64,000 nucleotides of DNA, from NCBI GenBank assembly GCA_964415355.1, contig CAYPYS010000002.1, positions 138,475 to 202,474 of the forward strand. The letters are read 5' to 3'. Source of the stretch: an uncultured Planctomycetia bacterium (lineage in GTDB: Bacteria; Omnitrophota; Gorgyraeia; Gorgyraeales; Gorgyraeaceae). A program made the position numbers and the translations under genes. Below the pieces are notes generated by a model that was not told where the DNA came from, made no database searches, and worked only from the letters and a program-made list of their open reading frames with translations. Of this stretch, positions 28,472 to 37,748 are shown piece after piece (positions within the stretch are counted from its first letter, which is position 1; each line of letters opens with the position of its first letter).

Positions 28472-30181
28472 TTATATGTATTCTTTTGTTTCTCTGAGGA
28501 CTTCTTCGGCTGTTGTCTTGCCTTCCAAGATTTTTTTTATGCCGTTTTCACGCAATGTCTTCATGCCAGTCTTTCTCGCTGCGTCTCTTATTGCTGACAG
28601 GCTTTCCCGTTTAACTATAAGCTCTCTCAATAGTTCATCCATAATAAATAACTCGTATATTCCTGTCCTGCCCTTATATCCTGACCCATTGCACTCCGAA
28701 CAGCCTTCTCCTTTATAAAACTTAAGTCCCTTTACCTGTTCCTGCGAAAGCCCCAGATCAGAAAGTTCATGCCCGTGAGGATCGTGGGCCTTTTTGCATT
28801 TTGGACAGATTAATCTCACGAGCCTCTGCGCGATTACTGCCCTGATGGTGGAGATTATCAGAAAAGGCTCTATGCCCATGTCCATGAGCCTGGTAATGGC
28901 GCCGGGCGCGTCATTGGTGTGCAGCGTGCTAAAGACCAGATGCCCTGTAAGAGCGGACTGGATGGCGATCTCTGCTGTCTCAGAATCCCTGATTTCTCCG
29001 ACCATTAAAATATCAGGGTCCTGCCTTAACATGTGCCTGAGTATCCTGGCGAAAGTAAGGTCTATTTTTGGATTGACAGCGATCTGGATAATGCCTTCTA
29101 CGTCGTATTCAACAGGATCTTCAGCTGTAATTATCTTATATTCGATCTTATTGATCTCCCGAAGACAGGAATAAAGCGTTGTGGTCTTGCCGCTTCCGGT
29201 CGGACCTGTGGTCAATAAAATACCGTTCGGCCTGTGGATTATATTTCTGAGCCTGGATTTAATAGCATCATCTATGCCAAGCTGGTCCAGGGATAAACTG
29301 ACCACGCTCTTGTCAAGCACCCTCATTACAATGCTTTCGCCGTATAGCGTAGGCAAGGTCGATACGCGCAAGTCAACGCTTTTCCCTCCGATATCCATCA
29401 TGATCCTGCCGTCTTGCGGCAACCTGTTTTCCGCGACGTCCAGATTGGCCATGACCTTTATCCTGGAGCTTATAGCCAGGCTCAGGTCTCTCGGCGGATG
29501 CGCAGCGTCATAACATACCCCGTCTATCCTGTATCTTATGCTGTAGTCTTTTTCAAAAGGCTCGAAATGTATATCTGACGCCTTGTCTCTTATCGCCCTC
29601 AGAAGCACCATGTTCAACAATTTTACAACAGGCGCCTGCGAAGCTATTTCTTTTAGCTTGTCAGCGCCGTCACTTTTTTTAATAGCAGTTTTGCCCGACG
29701 TCTTTTTTGCCTCGTCTATGACATCTCCGAGCGATTCTTCCTCTTCGCCGTAATATCGATCTATGGCTTTTTTAATGGCGTCTTCTTTTGCCACGACCAT
29801 CTTTATGTTCAGCCCTGTGACAAAACGCAGGTCATCCACGAGTTTCATGTTTAAGGGATCAGAGACAGCTATGACTACTCCGCCTGCCTCGACCTTTATC
29901 GGCACAATGCTGTAAAATTTTGCCGTTGAAGCCGATATCTTATTTATGGCATTTCTTTCTATGTTTAATTTAGAAAGGTCGACCAGCTCGACGCTTAGCC
30001 ATTTTGCGATAGTGGTCAACAGGGTCTCTTCGGTTATATAGCCATAGCCTACGAGGATCTTGAAGATATTCTTTCCGGTCTTCTTTTCTTCTTCTGTAGC
30101 GTCGTCTATATTTTGTTGCGTAAGCAATTTTTTATCGACGAGCTTTTTTAACAATAAATTATATTGTACATTATCAGGCAT
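28472..30181 (-). CDS. GspE/PilB family assembly ATPase
   Basis: ASDIHFEP, RLPQDGR, GPTGSGKTTT, LRQDPD, CxxC/CxxC; N-terminal MshEN-like region. Confidence 0.93.
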   Translation of the reverse strand: MPDNVQYNLLLKKLVDKKLLTQQNIDDATEEEKKTGKNIFKILVGYGYITEETLLTTIAKWLSVELVDLSKLNIERNAINKISASTAKFYSIVPIKVEAGGVVIAVSDPLNMKLVDDLRFVTGLNIKMVVAKEDAIKKAIDRYYGEEEESLGDVIDEAKKTSGKTAIKKSDGADKLKEIASQAPVVKLLNMVLLRAIRDKASDIHFEPFEKDYSIRYRIDGVCYDAAHPPRDLSLAISSRIKVMANLDVAENRLPQDGRIMMDIGGKSVDLRVSTLPTLYGESIVMRVLDKSVVSLSLDQLGIDDAIKSRLRNIIHRPNGILLTTGPTGSGKTTTLYSCLREINKIEYKIITAEDPVEYDVEGIIQIAVNPKIDLTFARILRHMLRQDPDILMVGEIRDSETAEIAIQSALTGHLVFSTLHTNDAPGAITRLMDMGIEPFLIISTIRAVIAQRLVRLICPKCKKAHDPHGHELSDLGLSQEQVKGLKFYKGEGCSECNGSGYKGRTGIYELFIMDELLRELIVKRESLSAIRDAARKTGMKTLRENGIKKILEGKTTAEEVLRETKEYI

Positions 30182-31832
30182 CCTGCGTTACCCTCATGAC
30201 CTCTTCGATTGTCGTGAGGCCTCTTTTTACCTTTTCTATGCCATCCTCTTTTAGCGTCCTCATGCCGCTGTCTCTTGCCTTTTTGTATATCTCGGAGCTC
30301 GGGGCATTGCTTAAAATCAATTCCCTGAGCTCATCGGTCAGGACCAATACTTCATATAGCCCCATCCTCCCTTTAAATCCGGTATCGCCGCAGGCCGGGC
30401 AACCAGTGCCGCGATAAAGCTCAATATCTCCATCCTTTTTTTGATCCAAGGAAAGAGCTATTCTTTCCTCTTCAGAAGGCTTGTATGGTTTCCTGCACGA
30501 TGCGCAAACAGTCCTTACTAATCTTTGAGCGAGCACGCCCTGCACAGTAGAAGCGACAAGATATGGTTTTACACCCATGTCGGAGAGTCGCGTAACCGCG
30601 CTCGGCGCGTCATTTGTATGCAATGTGCTGAATATCAGGTGGCCTGTAAGGGCAGACTGGATGGCGATCTCTGCTGTTTCCAGGTCTCTGATTTCTCCGA
30701 CCATTATAATGTCAGGCGCCTGCCGCAGCATAGATCTAAGACCGGCAACAAAGGTAAGTCCTATCAGAGGTTTTACCTGAACCTGGTTTACCCCGTCCAG
30801 CTGATATTCGACAGGGTCCTCTATGGTTATGACCTTTCGCTCTCTTTGATTAATATGGCTGAGGATCGCGTATAAGGTCGTTGTCTTACCGCTGCCGGTA
30901 GGCCCTGTGATCAGCATTATGCCATTGGGTAATTTTATCAATGTCTCTATGGCTTTTCTCTGGTCTGGTAGAAAACCAAGGTCCTCGATCCCTACCATAA
31001 AACTTGATTTGTCAAGTATCCTCATGACAATGCTTTCGCCGTGGATACCCGGAAGGCTGGAAACCCTCAGGTCGATCTCTCTATCGTCGACCCTTACCTT
31101 TATCCTGCCGTCCTGCGGCATCCTCTTCTCCGCAATATCCATGCCCGCCATGATCTTGACCCTGCTAAGCACTGACCCCTGCAATCTCTTTGGCGGACCA
31201 GATACTTCATGTAAAACGCCGTCTACCCTGTATCGCAGTCGGAATTTATTTTCGAGAGGCTCTATGTGTATATCGCTGGTCCTTCTCTTTATGGCCTCGT
31301 TTATTATAGTATTAACCAGTTTGATTATAGGGGTGTCCTCGCTTCCCTTTACTGCTTTTATTTCCTCTGACATCTTTGCCAGGTCGACCCCTGTCTTTTT
31401 CTTGGAAGCATACAATTCTTCAAGTGCTCTTTCCAGATCATCGGTCAAAGCCAGCTCCATCTCTATCTGCAGGCCCAGTATTTCTTCCAGGTTATTTTTC
31501 GCGAGAAAATTCAGAGGGTCATCGGTGCATATGTGTAATTTATTGGCCTCGTGTTTTATCGGGACTATTTTATGAGCAAGCGCGATGTGTGGAGGAAGGA
31601 CGTTTACGTTTTTTTTGTCAATGTCCCGGGCTTTTACAGATATGGGCAGCATGCCTATCTGAGAGATCAGAGTTCTACCGACTTCTAGATTTGATATATA
31701 TCTTAATTTTAAAAGCGCGCTGGAGAAACGCTCTTTTGTCTTTTTCTGCTCATCGAGCGCTTTCTTTATCTTTTCTTCATCCAGAAGCCCGATATTTTTT
31801 ACAAGATCTTTTACTATTTTTTCTTTATCCAT
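30174..31832 (-). CDS. GspE/PilB family assembly ATPase (second paralog)
   Basis: SDIHIEP, PQDGR, GPTGSGKTTT, LRQAPD, STLHTNDA. Confidence 0.93.
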   Translation of the reverse strand: MDKEKIVKDLVKNIGLLDEEKIKKALDEQKKTKERFSSALLKLRYISNLEVGRTLISQIGMLPISVKARDIDKKNVNVLPPHIALAHKIVPIKHEANKLHICTDDPLNFLAKNNLEEILGLQIEMELALTDDLERALEELYASKKKTGVDLAKMSEEIKAVKGSEDTPIIKLVNTIINEAIKRRTSDIHIEPLENKFRLRYRVDGVLHEVSGPPKRLQGSVLSRVKIMAGMDIAEKRMPQDGRIKVRVDDREIDLRVSSLPGIHGESIVMRILDKSSFMVGIEDLGFLPDQRKAIETLIKLPNGIMLITGPTGSGKTTTLYAILSHINQRERKVITIEDPVEYQLDGVNQVQVKPLIGLTFVAGLRSMLRQAPDIIMVGEIRDLETAEIAIQSALTGHLIFSTLHTNDAPSAVTRLSDMGVKPYLVASTVQGVLAQRLVRTVCASCRKPYKPSEEERIALSLDQKKDGDIELYRGTGCPACGDTGFKGRMGLYEVLVLTDELRELILSNAPSSEIYKKARDSGMRTLKEDGIEKVKRGLTTIEEVMRVTQDA

Positions 31833-31836
31833 AGCC

Positions 31837-32499
31837 CTATTTATTGATCAAGCTCGCGAAATATCCGGCGCCGAAACCATTATCAATGTTTACAACGCTG
31901 ACCCCTGGCGCACAACAATTCATCATGGTCAGAAGCGGTGCAATGCCTTTAAAATTGGCGCCGTATCCGACACTTGTAGGAACAGCTATCACTGGTTTAT
32001 CAGTAAGGCCCGCAACTACGCTCGCTAAAGCGCCTTCCATGCCCGCCACTACAATCACCACGTTGGACATGGATATATCTCCTAGCTTGTCAAATAACCT
32101 GTGTATGCCGGCCACGCCAACGTCATAGACCACTTTTACTTTGTTTCCCATGACCTCAAGGGTGGCCTTTGCTTCTTCCGCGACCGGGATATCGCTGGTG
32201 CCCGCAGTTAAAATCAAAACCTGCTTATTATTCTTTGTCTTGCGCTTCTTTTTGTAAATGACCTTCGCTGTTTCATTGTATCGTACGTCTGGATAATATT
32301 TTTTCAGATGCTCATATAGCGGCTTTTTGGCTCGCGTGAGAAGAACATAGTCGGTTTTTTTTAGCAAATTACCGAGTATTCTTTTGACCTGTACATGAGT
32401 TTTACCCTCGCAATAGACGACCTCGCTAAAACCCTTGCGCGCTTGCCTGTGGTGGTCTATCTTGGCAAAACTCAGATCAGAATATAGTTTATTAGCCAA
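31837..32499 (-). CDS. larB: Nickel-pincer cofactor biosynthesis carboxylase LarB-like
   Basis: EVVYCEGKT, AGTSDIPVAEEA, DVGVAGIHRL, AVPTSVGYGA, VNIDNGFGA; TTG 32499 after AAGGAG. Confidence 0.88.
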   Translation of the reverse strand: MANKLYSDLSFAKIDHHRQARKGFSEVVYCEGKTHVQVKRILGNLLKKTDYVLLTRAKKPLYEHLKKYYPDVRYNETAKVIYKKKRKTKNNKQVLILTAGTSDIPVAEEAKATLEVMGNKVKVVYDVGVAGIHRLFDKLGDISMSNVVIVVAGMEGALASVVAGLTDKPVIAVPTSVGYGANFKGIAPLLTMMNCCAPGVSVVNIDNGFGAGYFASLINK

Positions 32500-32508
32500 C
32501 GCTCTCCT

Positions 32509-32543
32509 TAGGTTTACTTTTAACATTGTTGAAAGTAAACCTA
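32509..32543. repeat. 35-bp palindrome variant with AGG/CCT ends
   Basis: taggtttacttttaac-att-gttgaaagtaaaccta. Confidence 0.88.
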
Positions 32544-32553
32544 AGCCTCTATG

Positions 32554-32850
32554 TTATTGTTTAAAGATTAGATACAAGATGAGCACGATTGCAGCGCAAG
32601 ATAGGATATAAAAATCGTTAAAATAAAAAAAGTCCCTTATCTTGTCGGAAGAAGTCGCAATGCGCTCGTAACGCGTCCACTTTCCTGATTTACTGCGATA
32701 CGAATCCAAATCATCAGACTTGTACCGCGTATAGATGCCCCCTATCTTGTAAGAAGACACCTCGCCTTTATCTATAATGTCCTGGAAATCACCCTCAGAG
32801 ATACCGAGATAGTCCGCAGCCTCTTTAAGCGTTAAGAATTTCTTTATCAT
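32554..32850 (-). CDS. Excisionase-type HTH protein with C-terminal TM helix
   Basis: FLTLKEAADYLGIS...YKIGG..RY; hydrophobic tail; ATG overlaps the last base of the repeat. Confidence 0.8.
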   Translation of the reverse strand: MIKKFLTLKEAADYLGISEGDFQDIIDKGEVSSYKIGGIYTRYKSDDLDSYRSKSGKWTRYERIATSSDKIRDFFYFNDFYILSCAAIVLILYLIFKQ

Positions 32851-32886
32851 AAGTTTACATTTCAACAACGTTAAAGTGTAAAGTTA
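32850..32886. repeat. 37-bp hybrid palindrome abutting the downstream ATG
   Basis: taagtttacatttcaac-aac-gttaaagtgtaaagtta. Confidence 0.94.
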
Positions 32887-32891
32887 GGCCT

Positions 32892-33413
32892 TTATTTATT
32901 CGCTTTTTCCTTTGAAATCCATTTATCCACTGAAACCCTGTCGAATCTCCATTCACCCTCTTCTTTAAAAGCGGGTATTTTCCCAGAGTCAGCCCAATCC
33001 AGAATATTCGATACTTCTACTTCTAGATATTTGGCAAGCTCTTTTGCGTTAAGGGCCTTGGACCTTTGTTCTGAATAATTCAACATCTGGCATTTTCCTT
33101 GGAGCACCGCGCCTGCTTCTACGCTCAATACCGGCGTTTTCACGTCTCCTACGATGTGAGCGTGCGAAAGAATCTTCAATTCCTTCTCCGCCAAAATATT
33201 GCCCACGACCTTTCCGCCGATCATTATCTCTTCACCTTTTATGTCTGCGCGGACAGATGCGTTGTCTCCGATAGTCAGGCTGCCCTTTGTGTCCAGCTTG
33301 CCCTCGAAGTTTCCGTTTATCCTGAGATTCACTGGGTCCCTGAACGCTAGCGTGCCCTGCATGCTGGCATCGACATCTAAGATCTTTTGCTCATTTTTGT
33401 CTCTTCTAGCCAT
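32892..33413 (-). CDS. Bactofilin domain fused to an excisionase-type HTH
   Basis: LRINGNFEG, LTIG...VRADI, GAVLQGKC, then LNAKELAKYL..W...GKIPAFK...WRF; ATG 33413. Confidence 0.85.
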   Translation of the reverse strand: MARRDKNEQKILDVDASMQGTLAFRDPVNLRINGNFEGKLDTKGSLTIGDNASVRADIKGEEIMIGGKVVGNILAEKELKILSHAHIVGDVKTPVLSVEAGAVLQGKCQMLNYSEQRSKALNAKELAKYLEVEVSNILDWADSGKIPAFKEEGEWRFDRVSVDKWISKEKANK

Positions 33414-33858
33414 TTTCTCCCCCTTCCTTATCTTTTTCTGGAATTTGAACCTTCCGTAATATATATAAAGCGGCAAGCGCTATTATAGTCGTAACAACGC
33501 CTGCCATCGTTAAGCCACAGCCAACTGCCAGGCCAATACCTGCAACAGTCCAGAGACTCGCGGCAGTAGTAAGTCCTGTCACGCTTGCTCTAGAGCGGAT
33601 AATCGTCCCTGCGCCCAAAAACCCTATACCTGTCACGACTCCGGCAGCTATCCTGCCGGGATCGACTGGCGCGCTGTCACCGAAGCTAATAAACATATAA
33701 ATAGACGTCAACATGATAAGAGCGGATCCGAGACATACGAGGATATGCGTCCTGAAGCCAGCTATCCGTTTATTATGCGTCTCTCTTTCAAAGCCCACAA
33801 GGCCTCCCAGTATCGCAGCCACGATCAATCGCATGACTATTTGCGCATTGCTTAACAT
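33406..33858 (-). CDS. mgtC: MgtC/SapB family membrane protein
   Basis: GFERE, AGFRTH, DPGRIAAGVVTGIGFLGAG, GLTTAASLW. Confidence 0.92.
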   Translation of the reverse strand: MLSNAQIVMRLIVAAILGGLVGFERETHNKRIAGFRTHILVCLGSALIMLTSIYMFISFGDSAPVDPGRIAAGVVTGIGFLGAGTIIRSRASVTGLTTAASLWTVAGIGLAVGCGLTMAGVVTTIIALAALYILRKVQIPEKDKEGGENG

Positions 33859-33876
33859 ATTCGCTCCTCTCCTCGT

Positions 33877-33913
33877 TAACTTTACATTTTAACGTTGTTG
33901 AAATGTAAAGTTA
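33877..33913. repeat. 37-bp palindrome copy; provides tsaD stop
   Basis: taactttacattttaac-gtt-gttgaaatgtaaagtta. Confidence 0.95.
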
Positions 33914-34909
33914 GGGCTGGGCAGTGATGTCCAGCGAAGACGTGACCCCTTTTTTATATAGCCTGTACGCAAGGCCTGCCACCATTGCCGCATTGTCTGT
34001 GCATAGCGCGAGCGGCGGGAAATATACCTTAAAATCCCTAAACATAGATTCTCTCTTGATCATTTCCCTGAATCGCGAATTAGCGCTTACGCCGCCACCT
34101 ACAACAAGAGTCTTTATGCTGCATTTCTCCATGGCCTTTATCGTATTTTTAACAATGAGCTTTAGCGCTGATTCCTGGAAACTTGTCGCGATATTCCGTA
34201 TCCCCTCACCCGCATTTCGTATGCCGTGAGATTTTACGTAATATAAAACAGCTGTCTTTATGCCGCTAAAGCTAAAATCCAGGCTGCCTGAGATGCCCCT
34301 GCATTCAAACCTTATAGCGCGAGGATTGCCTTTCTGCGCCAATCTGTCTATTATAGGTCCGCCTGGATACCCGAGTCCCAATATTTTTGCTACCTTGTCA
34401 TATGCCTCGCCAATGGCATCGTCCAGCGTATCGCCCAGTATTTTAAAGTCGTCGAAATCTCTCACGACGCAAAGCCTTGTATGTCCTCCTGACATAACAA
34501 GCCCCATAAAAGGGAATCTAAGAGCCTGTCTTGTCATTAGCGCTGCATAGACATGCGCCTTGACATGGTCAACTGCGATCAGGGGAATGCCCAGCGCGAA
34601 AGCCATTGCCTTTGCACAGGTGATGCCTGTTAGGAGTGCCCCAACAAGCCCTGCGCCCTGAGTCACAGCCACTGCATCGATATCTTTTATGCCTATCCGC
34701 GCATTTTTCAAAGAACCATTTATTACCTTGTCAAGATTTTCTACATGATGCCTCGTGGCTATCTCGGGTATCACGCCGCCGAATCTCTTATGATGTTTCA
34801 GGCTCGACGAGATCTCGTTGGATAAAATCTCCTTACCGTTTTTTACGACACTCGCCGCAGTCTCGTCACACGATGTCTCAATACCTAATATAAGCATAAC
34901 ATTTTTCAA
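33911..34909 (-). CDS. tsaD: tRNA N6-threonylcarbamoyltransferase (start may be 34897)
   Basis: LGIETSCDET, HVKAH, SGGHT, DDAIGEAYDK, TDNAAM. Confidence 0.96.
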   Translation of the reverse strand: MKNVMLILGIETSCDETAASVVKNGKEILSNEISSSLKHHKRFGGVIPEIATRHHVENLDKVINGSLKNARIGIKDIDAVAVTQGAGLVGALLTGITCAKAMAFALGIPLIAVDHVKAHVYAALMTRQALRFPFMGLVMSGGHTRLCVVRDFDDFKILGDTLDDAIGEAYDKVAKILGLGYPGGPIIDRLAQKGNPRAIRFECRGISGSLDFSFSGIKTAVLYYVKSHGIRNAGEGIRNIATSFQESALKLIVKNTIKAMEKCSIKTLVVGGGVSANSRFREMIKRESMFRDFKVYFPPLALCTDNAAMVAGLAYRLYKKGVTSSLDITAQP

Positions 34910-34921
34910 GCCCAGCTACCT

Positions 34922-36193
34922 CTAGCTGGCACCGTATATAATGATCCCTTTCAGCACATCTACTGCGCTCAAAATCTGGTTATCGTATTTCTCCTGCTTT
35001 TCTTTTTCTGCCTGGATTTTTTCTTTGTCATCTTCTTCAGGGCGCAAAAGCTCATCAAATATATCCGCATCCTCTTCGTCGCTCTCTGTTTTTGCAAGTT
35101 CCTTATACCTGACTACTATGTCAGGTTCAATTCCTTCTCCGTGTATAGAGCGGCCCTCTGGCGTAAAATATTTGCTCGTGGTAAGCCGCACTGCTGAGCC
35201 GTCTGATAGAGGCACTACTGTCTGAACAGACCCTTTACCGAAACTTTTGGTCCCTATTAAGATCCCCCTCTTGTGGTCTTGTATCGCCCCGGCGACTATC
35301 TCCGACGCAGACGCGCTGCCCCCGTTTATCAGGACAACCATCGGGTAATCCAGATGTTTGTTTTTCTTCCTTGACTTAAACATGATGTTCTGATTTTTGA
35401 CCCGTCCTTTTGTTGAGACAATTATTTTATCAGGTTCTAAAAATTTGCCTGCGGTATCAATGGCTGCCTCAAGCAGGCCTCCGGGATTATTCCTCAGGTC
35501 CAATATAAAACCTTCCATGCCTTTATCCTCGAGCTCCCTCAGGCTCTTCTCGAGTTCGCGATGGGTCTTCTCCTGAAAATCAGACAACCTTATATAGCCA
35601 ATACCCTGCTCTATGATCTCTGCTTTTTTAATGCTCTCTATCTTTATGATCGATCTCGTGATCGCAAAATCCAGCAGTTTTTTCTCGGATTCCCTCAGCA
35701 CCGTGACTTCGACATCTGTCCCTGGCTTGCCGCGTAATTTTTTGACCGCGCCCATAAGCGTGAGGTCTTTAGTGATCTCGCCGTTTATCTTAACGATCTT
35801 GTCGCCTGCCTTAAGGCCGACTTTGTACGCGGGGGTATCATCAATAGGCGTGATTACGGTAAGGAGGTCATCTTTTATTGTAATCTCTATGCCGATGCCT
35901 CCGAATTCGCCTTCTGTCTCTATTCTCATTTCATTGTACATCTCAGGGTCCATAAATTGACTGTATGGGTCCAAAGACGAGAGCATGCCTGTCATGGCCC
36001 CGTATATGAGATCCTTTGATCCCGGCTCCTCTACGTAATCCGAGCGTATAAGGCTGACTGCGTCAGAAAATAATTCTAACTGCTTATACAAGTCATCTGT
36101 TTCATTGTCTTTTTCGGCAAGACTGACATCGCTGAAAATAAAACCTGTTGCGAGCATGACAGCCACCAGCATCATAACAATCTTCTTATCCAT
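34922..36193 (-). CDS. ctpA: Carboxyl-terminal processing protease (S41, PDZ domain)
   Basis: LDPYS, GGIGI, DLRNNPGGLL, SASASEI, FGKGSVQ; ATG 36193. Confidence 0.93.
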   Translation of the reverse strand: MDKKIVMMLVAVMLATGFIFSDVSLAEKDNETDDLYKQLELFSDAVSLIRSDYVEEPGSKDLIYGAMTGMLSSLDPYSQFMDPEMYNEMRIETEGEFGGIGIEITIKDDLLTVITPIDDTPAYKVGLKAGDKIVKINGEITKDLTLMGAVKKLRGKPGTDVEVTVLRESEKKLLDFAITRSIIKIESIKKAEIIEQGIGYIRLSDFQEKTHRELEKSLRELEDKGMEGFILDLRNNPGGLLEAAIDTAGKFLEPDKIIVSTKGRVKNQNIMFKSRKKNKHLDYPMVVLINGGSASASEIVAGAIQDHKRGILIGTKSFGKGSVQTVVPLSDGSAVRLTTSKYFTPEGRSIHGEGIEPDIVVRYKELAKTESDEEDADIFDELLRPEEDDKEKIQAEKEKQEKYDNQILSAVDVLKGIIIYGAS

Positions 36194-36210
36194 AAATCTC
36201 CTTTCAGTGC

Positions 36211-36247
36211 TAACTTTACATTTCAACAACGTTAAAGTGTAAAGTTA
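36211..36247. repeat. 37-bp palindrome copy; provides gatB stop
   Basis: taactttacatttcaac-aac-gttaaagtgtaaagtta. Confidence 0.95.
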
Positions 36248-37669
36248 AGCGGAAAGTCTTGATTTTAGTATCTCGCTTACCTTCTGCGGATTTGCTTTTC
36301 CTTTTGTCTTTGCCATCACCTTTCCGACCAGAAACATAATGGCATTCTGTTTGCCGGCTTTGTAATCGCTGACAGATTTTGGATTTTCAGCGATCACCCC
36401 GTCTACAGCCTTTTCTATCGCATCCTTATCAGAAATCTGCTCCAATCCTTTTTCTTTTACCACGGCACCAGGCGCATTGCCTGTCTCTATCGTTTCGACC
36501 AATACGCTCTTTGCGACTTTACCTGTGATCGTCCCTTTTTCTATCATTTCAAGCATACTCGCAAGATGCTTTTCTTTCAAGTTCAGCTTGTCGATCGTCA
36601 GATTTTTATCTTTCATGTAAGCAGAGATATCGCTCATGATCCAGTTCGCGATAATCTTAGGTTTGTTGAATAATGACGTGCATCTCTCAAAATAATCCGC
36701 AAGCCCCCTGTCGCTGACCATGAAAGCAGCGTCGTATTCGGAAAGATTATATTCTGATATAAATCTTTTTTTTCTTGGCTCAGGAAGTTCGGGAATTTCT
36801 TTTTTAAAGTCTTCCAGCAGCTTTTTCTCGAAATCAAACGGCACCAGGTCTGGCTCCGGGAAATATCTATAATCATGGGCCTCTTCTTTGGACCTCATAG
36901 ATTCGGTAATATCTTTCGCCGCATCATAAAGCCTTGTTTCCTGGATAATCCTTTGCCCGTCTTCGAGCAGCTCTACCTGCCTGTCTCTTTCGTGCTCCAG
37001 GGCCGCTTTTACCGCGCTAAAGGAGTTCATGTTTTTTATTTCGGTTTTTACGCCGAGTTCGGTAGCGCCGGATTTTCTCAGGGATATATTAGCGTCGCAC
37101 CTGAGGCTTCCTTCTTCCATATTGCAGTCCGAAACATCTATGTACTTCAGGATAGATTTAAGAGCGGTTAAATATACATGTGCCTCTAGGGGGGAATTTA
37201 TGTCTGGTTCGGTCACTATCTCCAATAACGGCGTCCCGGAGCGGTTAAAATCTACAAGGCTGCAATCTTTCTCGTGAAAGAGCTTGCCTGTGTCTTCCTC
37301 CAGATGCACCCTGCGTATTTTTATGCGTTTTTCCTTGCCGTCGATCATTATCGCGAGATGCCCGTTTTGAGAGAGAGGCTGGTTAAATTGAGATATCTGG
37401 TAAGCCTTTGGAAGGTCAGGATAAAAATAATTTTTTCTATCGAATCGTATCTTTTTTGCGATCTGGCAATTCAGGGCAATGGCGACCTTTGCGCCGAGCC
37501 TTAAGGCCTGCCTGTTTAATACTGGCAGTGATCCGGGAAACCCCAGACATACAGGACAGGTCTGCGTATTTGGCGCAGCTCCGAAGTTCGTAGAACATCC
37601 GCAGAATACCTTGCTCTTTGTTTTTAACTGTAGATGGACTTCTAGGCCGATCACTGTTTCGTATTTCAT
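36245..37669 (-). CDS. gatB: Asp/Glu-tRNA amidotransferase subunit B
   Basis: IGLEVH, RKNYFYPDLPK, LRCDANIS, DYRYFPEPDL. Confidence 0.97.
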   Translation of the reverse strand: MKYETVIGLEVHLQLKTKSKVFCGCSTNFGAAPNTQTCPVCLGFPGSLPVLNRQALRLGAKVAIALNCQIAKKIRFDRKNYFYPDLPKAYQISQFNQPLSQNGHLAIMIDGKEKRIKIRRVHLEEDTGKLFHEKDCSLVDFNRSGTPLLEIVTEPDINSPLEAHVYLTALKSILKYIDVSDCNMEEGSLRCDANISLRKSGATELGVKTEIKNMNSFSAVKAALEHERDRQVELLEDGQRIIQETRLYDAAKDITESMRSKEEAHDYRYFPEPDLVPFDFEKKLLEDFKKEIPELPEPRKKRFISEYNLSEYDAAFMVSDRGLADYFERCTSLFNKPKIIANWIMSDISAYMKDKNLTIDKLNLKEKHLASMLEMIEKGTITGKVAKSVLVETIETGNAPGAVVKEKGLEQISDKDAIEKAVDGVIAENPKSVSDYKAGKQNAIMFLVGKVMAKTKGKANPQKVSEILKSRLSA

Positions 37670-37707
37670 TATCTTGTCGCCCGCCCTTTGCTAGTCGCTT
37701 ATAATTT

Positions 37708-37744
37708 TAAGTATACATTTTAACAATGTTAAAATGTATACTTA
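37708..37744. repeat. 37-bp perfect palindrome, AGTATAC subfamily
   Basis: taagtatacattttaac-aat-gttaaaatgtatactta. Confidence 0.95.
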
Positions 37745-37748
37745 AGCC

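Noticed and set aside
32554-33413. Prophage or integrative element suggested by excisionase-like HTHs
   Set aside because: No integrase, att/tRNA site or phage genes; the domains are fused to cellular modules.
37708-37744. dif/Xer site (ATGTTAAA resembles the XerD arm)
   Set aside because: No 11-6-11 layout and no XerC arm; similarity is short and AT-rich.
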